The position numbers were made by a program, and so were the translations under genes. Positions 8,428 through 18,767 of a stretch of DNA of 64,000 nucleotides are shown piece by piece (within the stretch, counting starts at the first letter, position 1; each line of letters opens with the position of its first letter). Source of the stretch: a phage; the sequence record PZ452581.1. One strand, written 5' to 3'. A model generated the notes under the pieces. It searched no databases and had not been told where the DNA came from. It saw only the letters and a program-made list of their open reading frames with translations.

Positions 8428-8622
8428 TTATTTGAATTGTGCAATTCTTTTCTCTAGACACTCAGCATAAGATTTCATTGAGATGAACTGTGAAAGCAGC
8501 AGTTCTTGCTCAACTGCACTAACCGTTAGAAACTTTGTGCTTTCTAAAAATTTGCTCAGTGCATTAATTTTGAGCATTAATTGATCGTATTCTTCTTTTA
8601 CTCGTGCTTGATAACCTAACAT
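8428..8622 (-). CDS. Hypothetical protein (denB.1-like)
   Basis: 64-aa ORF flanked by UUCG-tetraloop hairpins. Confidence 0.5.
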   Translation of the reverse strand: MLGYQARVKEEYDQLMLKINALSKFLESTKFLTVSAVEQELLLSQFISMKSYAECLEKRIAQFK

Positions 8623-8654
8623 AATTTTCCTTAATATGATAAGGGCCGAAGCCC

Positions 8655-9593
8655 TTATTTAAATTGTTCAGTAACGTCTTCAACTACTTCGTATTGGCAG
8701 GTACGCATTTTAGCATCGTTGTAATCAATCGGAATTGATACTACATCACGTGGATGTACTTTAACTTTTACAACTCGGCTGGTTGAACTGCCAAAGTGAC
8801 GAATATAAGATTTAGAACACACATGCAGACCACGAGAACAAGTTTGTGTATCATCGTCATTCACACGAGTACGCGGCATTTTAACTACTTTACCAGGACT
8901 GTTATCAAAGGTGTTTGAGTGACAGTCAAAGTAGTTGTCACGAACTACTTTCCAAGCATAGAAGTAACCATCTTCTGTAATTTCAATATCGTTTGCTACC
9001 AAGAAATCAAAGAGTCGAGATACCGCTTTCTGGCTTGGGTTTTCCAGCAGATTTTCCAAGAACGGAAAATAAAATTCAAAGTTTTCACCTTTTTCCATCG
9101 AATCGAGAATACGATCAACTAAACCAGACCGTAATTCGATATTTTGATAGAACAAGCTTCCGCCTTCAATTCGAACATCGCCGGAAATATATTTTTCAAC
9201 AGCGCGACGAACATTAATTTTTTGTGCCGCTTCTTCCAACTTATCTGCTACAAGCAGATTAAGAATTTCCTGGAAGTTTGAATGAGTATTAGGAGTTGCG
9301 TTATAAGTTACACCGTCAACAGTAATTGAAATGAATTTTTTAGATGCATTCCAAATAATGTCAGATTTAGCAACTGGAGCAATAACTGCATCGCTATTAA
9401 CTTTAACTGTAATATCACCGCTAATAGTAACTTTAGAGCGTTTAGCTTCTTCAGCATTTTTCAAAACACGACGGATTGTGTCAACCGATACACCTTGCCA
9501 ATCAGCTAATTCCTGTTGGGTGTAATTACCACTTGAATACAATTTAACAATTTCAGCTTGTTCGTTTTTGGTCAGGCATTTAATATTGTACAT
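8655..9593 (-). CDS. rIIB: rIIB protein
   Basis: 312 aa, MYNIKCLTKNEQAEIVKLYSSGNYTQQELADWQGVSVDTIRRVLKN matches T4 rIIB. Confidence 0.95.
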   Translation of the reverse strand: MYNIKCLTKNEQAEIVKLYSSGNYTQQELADWQGVSVDTIRRVLKNAEEAKRSKVTISGDITVKVNSDAVIAPVAKSDIIWNASKKFISITVDGVTYNATPNTHSNFQEILNLLVADKLEEAAQKINVRRAVEKYISGDVRIEGGSLFYQNIELRSGLVDRILDSMEKGENFEFYFPFLENLLENPSQKAVSRLFDFLVANDIEITEDGYFYAWKVVRDNYFDCHSNTFDNSPGKVVKMPRTRVNDDDTQTCSRGLHVCSKSYIRHFGSSTSRVVKVKVHPRDVVSIPIDYNDAKMRTCQYEVVEDVTEQFK

Positions 9594-9604
9594 AATTTTC
9601 CTTA

Positions 9605-11782
9605 TTAGGCCGCAAGGGCCTTCATAGTTTTAGCGATTTGGGAAACTTCATCATCGCTTAAAGAATTGCGATAACCGATGAAGTCGGAAACAATACGGAA
9701 TTTCTTGGTAAACTCAGCAACCATTTTATCACTATTTTTTGAAGCATTACGTGATAATTCATCAAAGAGATTAGTTACTGTCCAGATATCATGACCGATG
9801 GTATCTTTTCCACCATTGAAATACACACCGCGTAATGAACTAACCATATTACCAAGTCGTGTATATTCTTCAGAAACTTCATCTGTACTGAAGTACTTCA
9901 TCATAAAATCTAGTTCAGGATACTTGATAATTTTATCAATATATCGTTGAGCTGAACTTGAATAACCTACATACTTATCATAATCTACATCATCAAAAGC
10001 ATCTACATATAAATCACGCAAAGCTTCAAAAATACATTGGCACTGACCGAGTTCTTTTACCTTTTTCTGTAAAAGCGGACGAATAACATAAAATTCATTA
10101 ATGCCAATAAGATTAGCCATACGAATCAAAATATTCATAGATGGATGACAAAGTGATGTAGTACCATCCATAGAGAAAATATCAGAACGATGCATATACG
10201 CTACATAACCAGTAATTTCATCTGCTTCTGACGTAAGTGTAAATAATTCCTCTTTTTCCCAACGCCCATCTTTAATTTCAAACTTAAATGCTGTAGCAGC
10301 TTTAGGACGAGGAGCTTTACTTTTAACTACCTTTGGAATATAGCTTTTAACTAAAGCTTCAATTTCTGACAAATAATGAATGTTAACTTCATCACTTTCA
10401 AACATTGCCATAATATCAGGTAGTAAATCAATCTGCGATTCTACTTCCGGATTAATAAACAGAAGACGCTCATTGTGATGAATATTTAAAGTGTTATTAA
10501 ATTCACTATCATCTAGCGCATGTGCTAATCCACGGACAATATTAACACGATTTTTAATATTATCAATAACGATATTAATTTTTGTTGTATTAATACCAAA
10601 CAGACGATAACTTGACGCAACGGCTGATGTTTCATGACTTTGCTTAATGCGCTTCAGTCGAGGGTCAAGATTTACTTCATATACAACTCCTGCATTACAT
10701 AACTTACTGTCAGGTTCAAACATGCTCTGCATTTTCTTATATGACAGATTTTTAGTCGTGAATTTGACTGAATTACTAATCATATAATCTCGAGCAGAAT
10801 ACCCCATCTTCATCAATTCACGATATGTGTGACGAGGAGATGTAGATTCTTTAAATCGTTTTACATCTTCATTAAATGCTTTCTCACTAAGCTCTTTAAC
10901 TCGTTCAATAATATTTTTACGAGTGCGATCATCTAATGAAAGAGCTTCACGTGATGGAGCAATATCAAGTGAACCCATTGGAAATTTAATGTAATTCACT
11001 TCATTACGAATGCTTAGCCAGTTACGGTCTCTAATAACACCATCGATAGGATAAACAATACCACCATAGATAGCATATAATCCACCACGATCAGGCCAGT
11101 ATCTTTCTGGATTTACACCGTAATAGTCATCAAAATCCGGAAAATAATCAATTTCGCGGTCAAGACCATTAATGATAGCCAAATCTTTGAACGGTCGCAT
11201 GATATAAGAAACTTCATAAGCAAAGTTTCTAAAGTCTTTTTCTTCAACTGGAACTACGATTTCAATACCAGTTTTATCATCTGGACCCATTTCTTTCACG
11301 AATGTAGGTTTAATTTGTGGACCATCGCCATCCATGTAAGCTACATAACCACGAATTTCACCTTTATGATACGAAGTAATACTAAATGTATCAGTATAAC
11401 TAAACGGAGATTTAGAACCTAAACCAAATCCGCCAATGAAATCGTTAGATTCAGCCTTAGATGAACTGAAGTATGAATTATACAAACCAGGAGAATTATC
11501 ATCACCCTGAATATCAAAATCACTCATACCCGGACCAAAATCTCGGCAAACAAATCGTGGATCTAAACGTCCAGGAACTTGAATGATAAATTTTTCAGGA
11601 TTTCCATTGAGAGCATGGGCATCAATCATGTTGGTAATCAATTCACGGACTACTGCGCGAATTTTGTTTGTATACAAATCAGATGACAGAATTTTAAATA
11701 CTTTAGGAGATGCTGTGATGCTAAATGCTTTTGATTTAGAACCATTACCAAGAATTGTTTCTTTTTCAGTGGTGATAATCAT
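9605..11782 (-). CDS. rIIA: rIIA protein
   Basis: 725 aa, N-terminus [56 protein letters not shown] matches T4 rIIA. Confidence 0.96.
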   Translation of the reverse strand: MIITTEKETILGNGSKSKAFSITASPKVFKILSSDLYTNKIRAVVRELITNMIDAHALNGNPEKFIIQVPGRLDPRFVCRDFGPGMSDFDIQGDDNSPGLYNSYFSSSKAESNDFIGGFGLGSKSPFSYTDTFSITSYHKGEIRGYVAYMDGDGPQIKPTFVKEMGPDDKTGIEIVVPVEEKDFRNFAYEVSYIMRPFKDLAIINGLDREIDYFPDFDDYYGVNPERYWPDRGGLYAIYGGIVYPIDGVIRDRNWLSIRNEVNYIKFPMGSLDIAPSREALSLDDRTRKNIIERVKELSEKAFNEDVKRFKESTSPRHTYRELMKMGYSARDYMISNSVKFTTKNLSYKKMQSMFEPDSKLCNAGVVYEVNLDPRLKRIKQSHETSAVASSYRLFGINTTKINIVIDNIKNRVNIVRGLAHALDDSEFNNTLNIHHNERLLFINPEVESQIDLLPDIMAMFESDEVNIHYLSEIEALVKSYIPKVVKSKAPRPKAATAFKFEIKDGRWEKEELFTLTSEADEITGYVAYMHRSDIFSMDGTTSLCHPSMNILIRMANLIGINEFYVIRPLLQKKVKELGQCQCIFEALRDLYVDAFDDVDYDKYVGYSSSAQRYIDKIIKYPELDFMMKYFSTDEVSEEYTRLGNMVSSLRGVYFNGGKDTIGHDIWTVTNLFDELSRNASKNSDKMVAEFTKKFRIVSDFIGYRNSLSDDEVSQIAKTMKALAA

Positions 11783-11792
11783 AATTTCCTCA

Positions 11793-11996
11793 TTAATTCA
11801 TATTACGCTTAATAACTTCAGCAACTTCTAGTAGTTCATCTTTAGTTGCAGTGTCGGATTGAATTTTATCTCTAATATCTTTAAAGCGGTTTTTAAATTC
11901 TTCGGCTTCTCCCATATCGAAAAAGCGTTGAATGATTCTATATTCTCGATGAACTGCTTTATCAAAAAGTTCTAAATTTACTCTATATGATTTCAT
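11793..11996 (-). CDS. Hypothetical protein (rIIA.1-like)
   Basis: 67-aa ORF directly upstream of rIIA. Confidence 0.55.
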   Translation of the reverse strand: MKSYRVNLELFDKAVHREYRIIQRFFDMGEAEEFKNRFKDIRDKIQSDTATKDELLEVAEVIKRNMN

Positions 11997-12019
11997 TTCA
12001 ATATCCTCATTTGCCCAAT

Positions 12020-12052
12020 TAATTATACCACATCCTTGTGGTAAAGTAAACT
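12020..12052 (-). promoter_or_regulatory. T4-early-type promoter upstream of rIIA.1/rIIA
   Basis: Minus-strand GTTTAC, 17-nt spacer, TGGTATAAT. Confidence 0.6.
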
Positions 12053-13871
12053 ACTGGCTCATCCATTCTTTACGAAGGTCAGCATTATCTCCCATGAGCA
12101 TTTCAAAAAGCTCTTTCCAGTTCTCAGGAAGTTTAACAACATCATATACTGGATTTTGAATCATCTCACGATATTCAGATTTTTCCAAAGAGCCAAGTCC
12201 TTTAATATAACGGATGCTATGTTTAGGTAGAGCATCTTTGGCACTCTCATATTCAGCGACTGTATAAAACCATTCTTGTTTTTTACCGACCTGAGCGATG
12301 ATTACAGGAGTTTTGACAAAGCGAATTCGTCCTTGCTCAAACAGTTCTGGCCAATTACTAAAAAATCCAAGAAGAGAAGGATAAATGCTTCCTAGACCAT
12401 CATGGTCAGCATCAGTCATAATAGCAATATTATGATAATTCAAGTTTTCAGCCTTTTCACCAAGAACTAATCCAGTGATTGCGCAAATGTCAAACAGTTC
12501 TTTGTTTTTAAGCATATCGGCATATGACATACCCCAGCTATTAAGAACTTTACCACGTAATGGATAACCGCCATGAAGTTCTTTATCACGAACATCAATA
12601 AGATATCCGATAGCAGAATCACCCTCAGTCAAGAAAAGAGTAGTGTCAGCGTCTTTACCGCAAAGATTCGCTTTAATGTGTTTATGAACCTTAGCTTTAG
12701 AAGCCTTTTTAGCTGCTTTAGTTTCTGCTGCTTTTTCTGCCGCCAATTTACGAGCCAAGGCAGCTTCAATAATTGGCATTAAAATTGCTTCATTGTTTAA
12801 AATAGCGCGTGAAATCTTTTTAGCATCAAGCTGAATATGACTACGAATTTCACCAAATGGAGAAGTCAAACGCTCTTTAGTCTGAGAATCAAATCGCATG
12901 TTTTTCATATCACGAACGAACATAACGATAGTCAAACATTCTTTAACGCGTGCTTTAGTTACATCAATTTTGAACTTACGTTTGATTTGTGGAATAAGGT
13001 CTTCACAAATATCATCCATAACACAGTCAATGTGATGGCCACCATTCTTAGTGTGAATGTTATTCACATAAGTTAATTGGCGAAATCCATCCGGTGAACG
13101 ACCAACCGCAATAGAACAATTTTCTTGTTCTTGAACAATAGCATGTTCATCATACTGTCGTGCATATTTCTTAAAATTGCCCTGAACCTTTTTACCATTA
13201 AAGGTAAATTGAATATCAGGATAAACAACAGCAAGTGTCTGGAGACGATCTAGTGTAATGTCAAGATAAACTTGGGACAGCTCATTAGTTTCAAATGACA
13301 TAAAATCTGGAATGAAAGTAACACGAGTTCCTTTCCATTTTCCAGGAATAGTTTCCCAGGATTTATTTTCCATGCCATTTGAACAACGAACTACAATATT
13401 ATTTTGACCATCGCCAGTTTCACCGACAAACATCACAGAAAAAATGTTAGTTAAACTAGAACCAACACCGTTCATACCGCCAGTGACGCGTTCTTTATCA
13501 TCACCGAAGTTACCACCTGCTTTTGGAATAGTCCAAGCAGCAACAGGACCAGGAATTTCTTCACCAGTAGGTGTTTTAACCATCGCTTGTGGAATACCGC
13601 GACCGTTATCTTCAACTGTTACTTGATTGTTTTTAATAGTAACATTAATTTTATTTGCGAATTTAAACTTAGTACGAATACCTTCATCTACTGAGTTATC
13701 GATAATTTCATCAATAAGCTTAACAAGACCAGGTACATACTGAACACTTTCCCATTTACCAAACAGAAAGCGCTCATGCATTTCATTAGCAGAAGAACCA
13801 ATGTACATGCCGCTACGCTTTTTGATATGTTCAATATCGCTCAGAATTTTAATTTCATTCTTAATCATCAC
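12051..13871 (-). CDS. 39: DNA topoisomerase II large subunit gp39, uninterrupted (GyrB-like ATPase plus the part T4 encodes as gp60)
   Basis: 606 aa. N-terminal GHKL ATPase motifs (IDNSVDEG, GRGIP, GGMNGVG); C-terminus ...NIAIMTDADHDGLGSIYPSLLGFFSNWPELFEQGRIRFVKTP... matches what I recall of T4 gp60. Confidence 0.9.
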   Translation of the reverse strand: MMIKNEIKILSDIEHIKKRSGMYIGSSANEMHERFLFGKWESVQYVPGLVKLIDEIIDNSVDEGIRTKFKFANKINVTIKNNQVTVEDNGRGIPQAMVKTPTGEEIPGPVAAWTIPKAGGNFGDDKERVTGGMNGVGSSLTNIFSVMFVGETGDGQNNIVVRCSNGMENKSWETIPGKWKGTRVTFIPDFMSFETNELSQVYLDITLDRLQTLAVVYPDIQFTFNGKKVQGNFKKYARQYDEHAIVQEQENCSIAVGRSPDGFRQLTYVNNIHTKNGGHHIDCVMDDICEDLIPQIKRKFKIDVTKARVKECLTIVMFVRDMKNMRFDSQTKERLTSPFGEIRSHIQLDAKKISRAILNNEAILMPIIEAALARKLAAEKAAETKAAKKASKAKVHKHIKANLCGKDADTTLFLTEGDSAIGYLIDVRDKELHGGYPLRGKVLNSWGMSYADMLKNKELFDICAITGLVLGEKAENLNYHNIAIMTDADHDGLGSIYPSLLGFFSNWPELFEQGRIRFVKTPVIIAQVGKKQEWFYTVAEYESAKDALPKHSIRYIKGLGSLEKSEYREMIQNPVYDVVKLPENWKELFEMLMGDNADLRKEWMSQ

Positions 13872-13937
13872 TTATCCTCGTTTGGTTTCGGGAATATTAT
13901 ACTCCGGTAATCATAAAGCTAAAGGCCCGAAGGCCTT

Positions 13938-14210
13938 TTATTTAAAACGGATAGTCGAATCCTTGAAGAATAGACCAGAACATACTGTTCCTTCTACTTT
14001 CTGCCCGGTAGGTCCAATAGCACGAAATCCAGTATGTTGGAAATCATTTTCAGAGCAACCGAACCAATTATATCCAGTGATTTCAATATTAGTAAAACCG
14101 CTTGAAGACAAAATTTTGGTTGCATTATCAGCATCAGTACATCCTACTAAAGATACTGCTAATACTAATGCTGCGATAGAACGATTAACATATTTCATAA
14201 TTTCACTCAA
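13938..14210 (-). CDS. Putative lipoprotein
   Basis: 90 aa with signal peptide and lipobox LVGC. Confidence 0.5.
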   Translation of the reverse strand: MSEIMKYVNRSIAALVLAVSLVGCTDADNATKILSSSGFTNIEITGYNWFGCSENDFQHTGFRAIGPTGQKVEGTVCSGLFFKDSTIRFK

Positions 14211-14574
14211 ATTTAATGGCTTGAAGAAGACTAATAATTCTCAAGCGACTTCTTTCATCTTTAACTGTAAAAGAAAGAGGGTCACCAGATTTCATAGTGA
14301 TGGTGCATCCAAAATCAAAATCTTCTGTAACTTCTTCGAAGAAGTCAAATTCTTCATCATAAATTAGAACATTACTCTGAAAGCTGTGAAGAATTTTTCC
14401 ATCATTTCCAGATGCTGTACTAATCATTGTAACATTATGACCTTTCATATCTTCAACGATAAATTCGCTTGTAGATATTACTGCATTAATAGAACCGTTC
14501 CTATGAATAGCAGAAAATAGATATTTCTTTTCTTCACCTTCGCGAACACGATATTTCTTACCGATTTTAAACAT
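14203..14574 (-). CDS. Hypothetical protein
   Basis: 123-aa ORF. Confidence 0.5.
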   Translation of the reverse strand: MFKIGKKYRVREGEEKKYLFSAIHRNGSINAVISTSEFIVEDMKGHNVTMISTASGNDGKILHSFQSNVLIYDEEFDFFEEVTEDFDFGCTITMKSGDPLSFTVKDERSRLRIISLLQAIKFE

Positions 14575-14576
14575 AA

Positions 14577-14753
14577 TTACCCTTTAAGTAAGTCGTAAAA
14601 TCCACCATTCACATGCTTAGGAGCAGAAGGCCGACGAGTAGACAAACGATGACATTTAGGGCAAACATCATTTTCTCGTTCAGAAATCTTTTTAATTTTT
14701 TCATATTCATGCCCGCAATCTTCGGATTGGCATTTATAATCATACATTGGCAT
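14577..14753 (-). CDS. Small zinc-ribbon protein (58 aa, two CxxC pairs)
   Basis: Hand-translated MPMYDYKCQSEDCGHEYE...CPKCHRLS...; AAGGA SD upstream; not in ORF track because shorter than 60 aa. Confidence 0.45.
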   Translation of the reverse strand: MPMYDYKCQSEDCGHEYEKIKKISERENDVCPKCHRLSTRRPSAPKHVNGGFYDLLKG

Positions 14754-14755
14754 AA

Positions 14756-15175
14756 TTATTCCTTAAAGTGTGCTTTCAACATCTGATACAAGGACCATGC
14801 CTGTTCATTATTTTCAATAGTAACTTTCATGACAGGAAATTCTGTGAAATCTTCTATTTGTTCTTGCTCTTCCTGCTCTTGCTCTTCAGATGCCTGATAT
14901 GGATTTTCAACTTCATCGAAGAACTCAGCTTCGTTAGTAGAAAGCCAGATAAAGTTTTCATCAAGGATATCACCATGTTTTGCATATCCAATTGTGCCAG
15001 TAGATGACATAATTTTAGTAGGACGCCCAAGATAATCAGCATCTAAAATTTTAAAAGGTTCCATACCTAAACGGCGCGCATAGATTCCGTTATCAGTATG
15101 GTCTTTAATAAAATTTTCTTGAGCTTGTTTATTTTTAAATTGATACCATTTATTAACTTCAAATCTAATAGCCAT
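14756..15175 (-). CDS. Hypothetical acidic protein (T4 goF position)
   Basis: 139 aa with [10 protein letters not shown] acidic tract; assignment by position and length only. Confidence 0.35.
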   Translation of the reverse strand: MAIRFEVNKWYQFKNKQAQENFIKDHTDNGIYARRLGMEPFKILDADYLGRPTKIMSSTGTIGYAKHGDILDENFIWLSTNEAEFFDEVENPYQASEEQEQEEQEQIEDFTEFPVMKVTIENNEQAWSLYQMLKAHFKE

Positions 15176-15390
15176 TAATAAATTTCCTTCCAGTAAGTTG
15201 TACCGTCTTCAGTGATTTCACGGAATACACCATAAATCGGTTGTTTATCACCAACCTTTTCATACACATAAACCGAAGTCAAGTGAGTAAACTTAACGGT
15301 ATGTTCCTTTTGAACTACTACCAAATCTGGATCGAATAATACATCTTCAAATTCATCATTAGTGCAATTCTGAACAATTTTACGTTTCAT
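15175..15390 (-). CDS. Hypothetical protein (T4 cef position, 71 aa)
   Basis: 71-aa ORF, same length as T4 Cef; position-based. Confidence 0.35.
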   Translation of the reverse strand: MKRKIVQNCTNDEFEDVLFDPDLVVVQKEHTVKFTHLTSVYVYEKVGDKQPIYGVFREITEDGTTYWKEIY

Positions 15391-15403
15391 TACAATTTCC
15401 TCA

Positions 15404-15685
15404 TTAATTGAACAGTGGAGCGATGCGTTTCAGAAGAGTAGCAGCACCTTTAGCGAATTTTACATCATGAAAAACAGTTTCTTCTTCTGTAACAACTCGA
15501 ACTTTAATATTTTCGCAATCCCAATTTTTGCGAACAATCTTCAAAAGCTGCAGTAAATCTTTACATTCAGCAATATCGATAACACATCCACGAGAATCTT
15601 CCATTATCGCACGATAACCGTAAGCCATACCATAATCATTAAAAGATTGCTCGATGATAATTAAGTTTTCCATTTTATTCTCCAA
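15404..15685 (-). CDS. Hypothetical protein
   Basis: 93-aa ORF. Confidence 0.5.
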   Translation of the reverse strand: MENKMENLIIIEQSFNDYGMAYGYRAIMEDSRGCVIDIAECKDLLQLLKIVRKNWDCENIKVRVVTEEETVFHDVKFAKGAATLLKRIAPLFN

Positions 15686-15770
15686 GTTGTTTTCTGTATC
15701 AGTAGTTGATATTGATATAGTACCATAATCAACTACTGATGTATATAGTTTTATGAAAAAATTTTAAACT

Positions 15771-16262
15771 TTATGCATAGCGAGCTTTGCTGTAGTGTTT
15801 AATCCAACTTTCAGGAATGACTTTGTATGTTCCTAAAAATACCGCGTTGTATAACTTAACGCCATCTTCTACCCATTGATCAGTAATGTATGCACACATA
15901 GCGCGAGTACGGTTAACAACACCTTCCTCACCTTCAGTAAATTCAAACTCATAAGGAGCAACGAACTTGATAGCTTGACCGAGTTTCCACTTAAAGTCTA
16001 CACCTACATGCGAAGTATCAATCGTTTCAATTCCTTTAGCGGGAACAGCTTTCAAAAACGCAGGCTCAAGAAATTTCCATCGAACATAACCAAACTGAGG
16101 TTTAGACATTCCATCTTTAGGAATGATACGCACTTTTACTTCAGAATCTTCATCTTTAACACCATGTTTAAGCTGAATGCTTACGACTTCAACCAATTTT
16201 CCTGCTGCCTTAGAACGGGATTTATCAGATACACGAGCAATTTCACCGATATTAATATTCAT
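15771..16262 (-). CDS. Hypothetical protein, MotB-like by position (163 aa)
   Basis: Length close to T4 MotB (162 aa); shares a C-terminal domain with the adjacent 145-aa ORF. Confidence 0.4.
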   Translation of the reverse strand: MNINIGEIARVSDKSRSKAAGKLVEVVSIQLKHGVKDEDSEVKVRIIPKDGMSKPQFGYVRWKFLEPAFLKAVPAKGIETIDTSHVGVDFKWKLGQAIKFVAPYEFEFTEGEEGVVNRTRAMCAYITDQWVEDGVKLYNAVFLGTYKVIPESWIKHYSKARYA

Positions 16263-16335
16263 AATTATCTCTCACTTGTTAAAAAGATTTTATACTCCAC
16301 AGGACCATTATACTCTGGTCCCAAGAGTTTGTAAA

Positions 16336-16773
16336 CTAGCTTACACGAACATTAATCACTGCGCTACGAGGAACTACAGAGTATTCTCCAGCATGAACTA
16401 CGTTCAGAAGTTCAACACCATCTTCAATCCACTGATCAGTCACCCATCCACCCACAGGATTCGCGAATGGACGACGAATATAAACTGCCTTACACAGCAG
16501 ATCAGTTGGATCTTCAGGTTTTTCAATTTCTGTCAATAGACTAAAATCTTTTTCATAAATAATAAGCGGTGATACCATTCCATAATAGTTTCTAATTTCA
16601 ATATACATCATACCGATAAGAATTCCGCTATTAACACTAATAACAGTAAAAGGATATCCGCCAGTTAAACCAAGAAGTTCACAAAACTTATTATGAGCTG
16701 TATTAGACAGTACCGAAAAATTCTTAATTTCATCAAATTTTTTCAATTGATAAACAGCATTATTTTTAATCAT
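16336..16773 (-). CDS. Hypothetical protein, paralogue of 15771-16262 C-terminal domain
   Basis: Motif VTDQWIEDGVELLNVVHAGEYSVVPRS parallels ITDQWVEDGVKLYNAVFLGTYKVIPES in neighbour. Confidence 0.5.
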   Translation of the reverse strand: MIKNNAVYQLKKFDEIKNFSVLSNTAHNKFCELLGLTGGYPFTVISVNSGILIGMMYIEIRNYYGMVSPLIIYEKDFSLLTEIEKPEDPTDLLCKAVYIRRPFANPVGGWVTDQWIEDGVELLNVVHAGEYSVVPRSAVINVRVS

Positions 16774-16783
16774 GATTTTCTCT

Positions 16784-17287
16784 TTAATTTAAAGTAATAA
16801 AGCCTTTTAATTCGGCATGTGATTTGCGGAACATTACTTGGTGCCCGCCAATGATAACTTGATCATCTGGAACTTCGTATACAGCGAGATAAAATCCTTT
16901 AGAAGATAATTCTTCACGCTCTTCTCGTGTGAACCATCTCATCATATCATATTCGCTAGCGAAAGCAAAATGATAAAGAGCTATAAACCATCCTGGAATA
17001 TAGTGATCTACGCCTACATATTCTTCTTTCTCAAAATTAGTATTAATTGCTATATTAGCATTTTTAACTAATAATTTGTCTTCGTGTGGAAGAGGAATTC
17101 TTTTATTATCATTACTATGATGCATAAAATTAGGTCTGTCATAACCTACGTGTAATAACCACTCTTCGCTCCATGAATCTATTATACTCCTGTATGGCGT
17201 TATTTGAACACAAAGATCTCGACGTATTGTTATAGCATCTTCATAATTAAGAATACTAAACGATGATTCAACACGATAAATTTTCAT
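16784..17287 (-). CDS. Hypothetical protein
   Basis: Track ORF 16784-17326 trimmed to internal Met MKIYRVESSF downstream of a promoter-like element. Confidence 0.45.
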   Translation of the reverse strand: MKIYRVESSFSILNYEDAITIRRDLCVQITPYRSIIDSWSEEWLLHVGYDRPNFMHHSNDNKRIPLPHEDKLLVKNANIAINTNFEKEEYVGVDHYIPGWFIALYHFAFASEYDMMRWFTREEREELSSKGFYLAVYEVPDDQVIIGGHQVMFRKSHAELKGFITLN

Positions 17288-17350
17288 TTTATTATCCTCA
17301 GTAGCTATGGTGTTATAGTACCACAACTAACCGAGGAAGTAAACAACTTT

Positions 17351-18034
17351 TTATCGTTTTGTTGGAAGAGATAGAGGATCGCAATCTTCCTCTGATGGAG
17401 CATCTTCAAGACCCATAGCATATCGCAAAGCGTACTTCATCATCAGGATGTCTTTCGCACAGTCATGAATAGAATCATGTGCAACGAATCCATCTAAAGT
17501 TCCCTTTGGAAGAGGACATGTGGTCATATCACGAACAAGCAGAAGTGCTTCAATTCTGGTACGAATATCACGCTGATTCCAGAATTTACATGGTTCTAAC
17601 TTAAATGTGTCAAGCTCATTCTCAGATACACCATTAAGGCGTTGAATATCACGAATGAGATCGACTAAAATTGGAAAATCAAACGACATTCCACGGCACC
17701 AGCCTTGAGATTTCCAAGGATCGATATTATGTGCATTGATGTAATCATTAAATTTCGCAATACCGTCGATAGTGCTTACATCTTCATCGGACGGTGCAAT
17801 ATTTTTTCGAGCTTCAGGAGATTGATTCTTCCACCATTCGATAGTACTTTTAGTAAAAAGACGATGTCCTTTTTGGCTTTTTAAATCAAATTTGATTTTA
17901 ATGCCACGTGAAACTAATTCATCGAATGTTTCAACCACTTCTGGATTAGGGTCAAAAGCAATTACAGCTAAATCAATAACCGCTGCTTTTTCACCACTTC
18001 CCATTGTTTCAAAATCTATAATAAAATCAAACAT
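17351..18034 (-). CDS. dexA: Exonuclease A DexA (DEDDh 3'-5' exonuclease)
   Basis: 227 aa, MFDFIIDFETMGSGEKAAVIDLAVIAF... exonuclease motifs; length equals T4 DexA. Confidence 0.88.
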   Translation of the reverse strand: MFDFIIDFETMGSGEKAAVIDLAVIAFDPNPEVVETFDELVSRGIKIKFDLKSQKGHRLFTKSTIEWWKNQSPEARKNIAPSDEDVSTIDGIAKFNDYINAHNIDPWKSQGWCRGMSFDFPILVDLIRDIQRLNGVSENELDTFKLEPCKFWNQRDIRTRIEALLLVRDMTTCPLPKGTLDGFVAHDSIHDCAKDILMMKYALRYAMGLEDAPSEEDCDPLSLPTKR

Positions 18035-18291
18035 TAAATTTTCCTTGCTAAATCGCGAATTTGACCTACAGTATAGTCTTGAATATAAACTTTATTAATA
18101 GGCTCATCAATAAATTTTGCCATAGATTCAATATCTTTTTGTATCTCTTTAAGACTGTATACTATCTTTGAAGCTTTTTCGCGAATAGTAATATTTTCAG
18201 GACCTGGATTTTCTTCAATGACAGCTTTAACATTTGTCATAAGAGATTTAAACTGGTACCAACTCAACTCAATCATTAATAATCGCCTCAT
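18034..18291 (-). CDS. Hypothetical small protein
   Basis: 85-aa ORF; similar to the next ORF. Confidence 0.5.
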   Translation of the reverse strand: MRRLLMIELSWYQFKSLMTNVKAVIEENPGPENITIREKASKIVYSLKEIQKDIESMAKFIDEPINKVYIQDYTVGQIRDLARKI

Positions 18292-18529
18292 AAAGATAGC
18301 TAATTTCGCCTAAAACGTAATCATTGATTGTAACAGTTTTCACTTCACCACAAAAGAATTCTAACGCAATTAAATCTCGTTCAATTTCTTCTAATTGAAG
18401 CATCAACTTACTAGATTCAATTTTTACAGTTTCACGATTTTTACCATGAGCAATTTCATAAATTTCGCTAACTTTATCCTGAAGAAGATAAAACTGATCT
18501 TTAGTTATTTCCACGAATAGCTTCCTCAA
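18269..18529 (-). CDS. Hypothetical small protein
   Basis: 86-aa ORF, paralogue-like to 18034-18291. Confidence 0.5.
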   Translation of the reverse strand: MRKLFVEITKDQFYLLQDKVSEIYEIAHGKNRETVKIESSKLMLQLEEIERDLIALEFFCGEVKTVTINDYVLGEISYLYEAIIND

Positions 18530-18761
18530 ATTTAATTAGTAATTTACAGACACTTTCATCTAGTGTAATTACCGTATCTGTATTACTGTGATATGATTGT
18601 TTTTCAATTCGTTTAATTGCTAATATAGTATCACTTATAAGATAAAGCTTATGAAGGAGCTCAGCTCCTGTTATCATAACATTAAGATTATCTTGCTTAT
18701 TAGTATGCTTCCTTATACCATCTATTAGACGATTTAAATATTTTGAATTGATGTTAATCAT
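18501..18761 (-). CDS. Hypothetical small protein
   Basis: 86-aa ORF. Confidence 0.5.
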   Translation of the reverse strand: MININSKYLNRLIDGIRKHTNKQDNLNVMITGAELLHKLYLISDTILAIKRIEKQSYHSNTDTVITLDESVCKLLIKFEEAIRGNN

Positions 18762-18767
18762 ATATCC

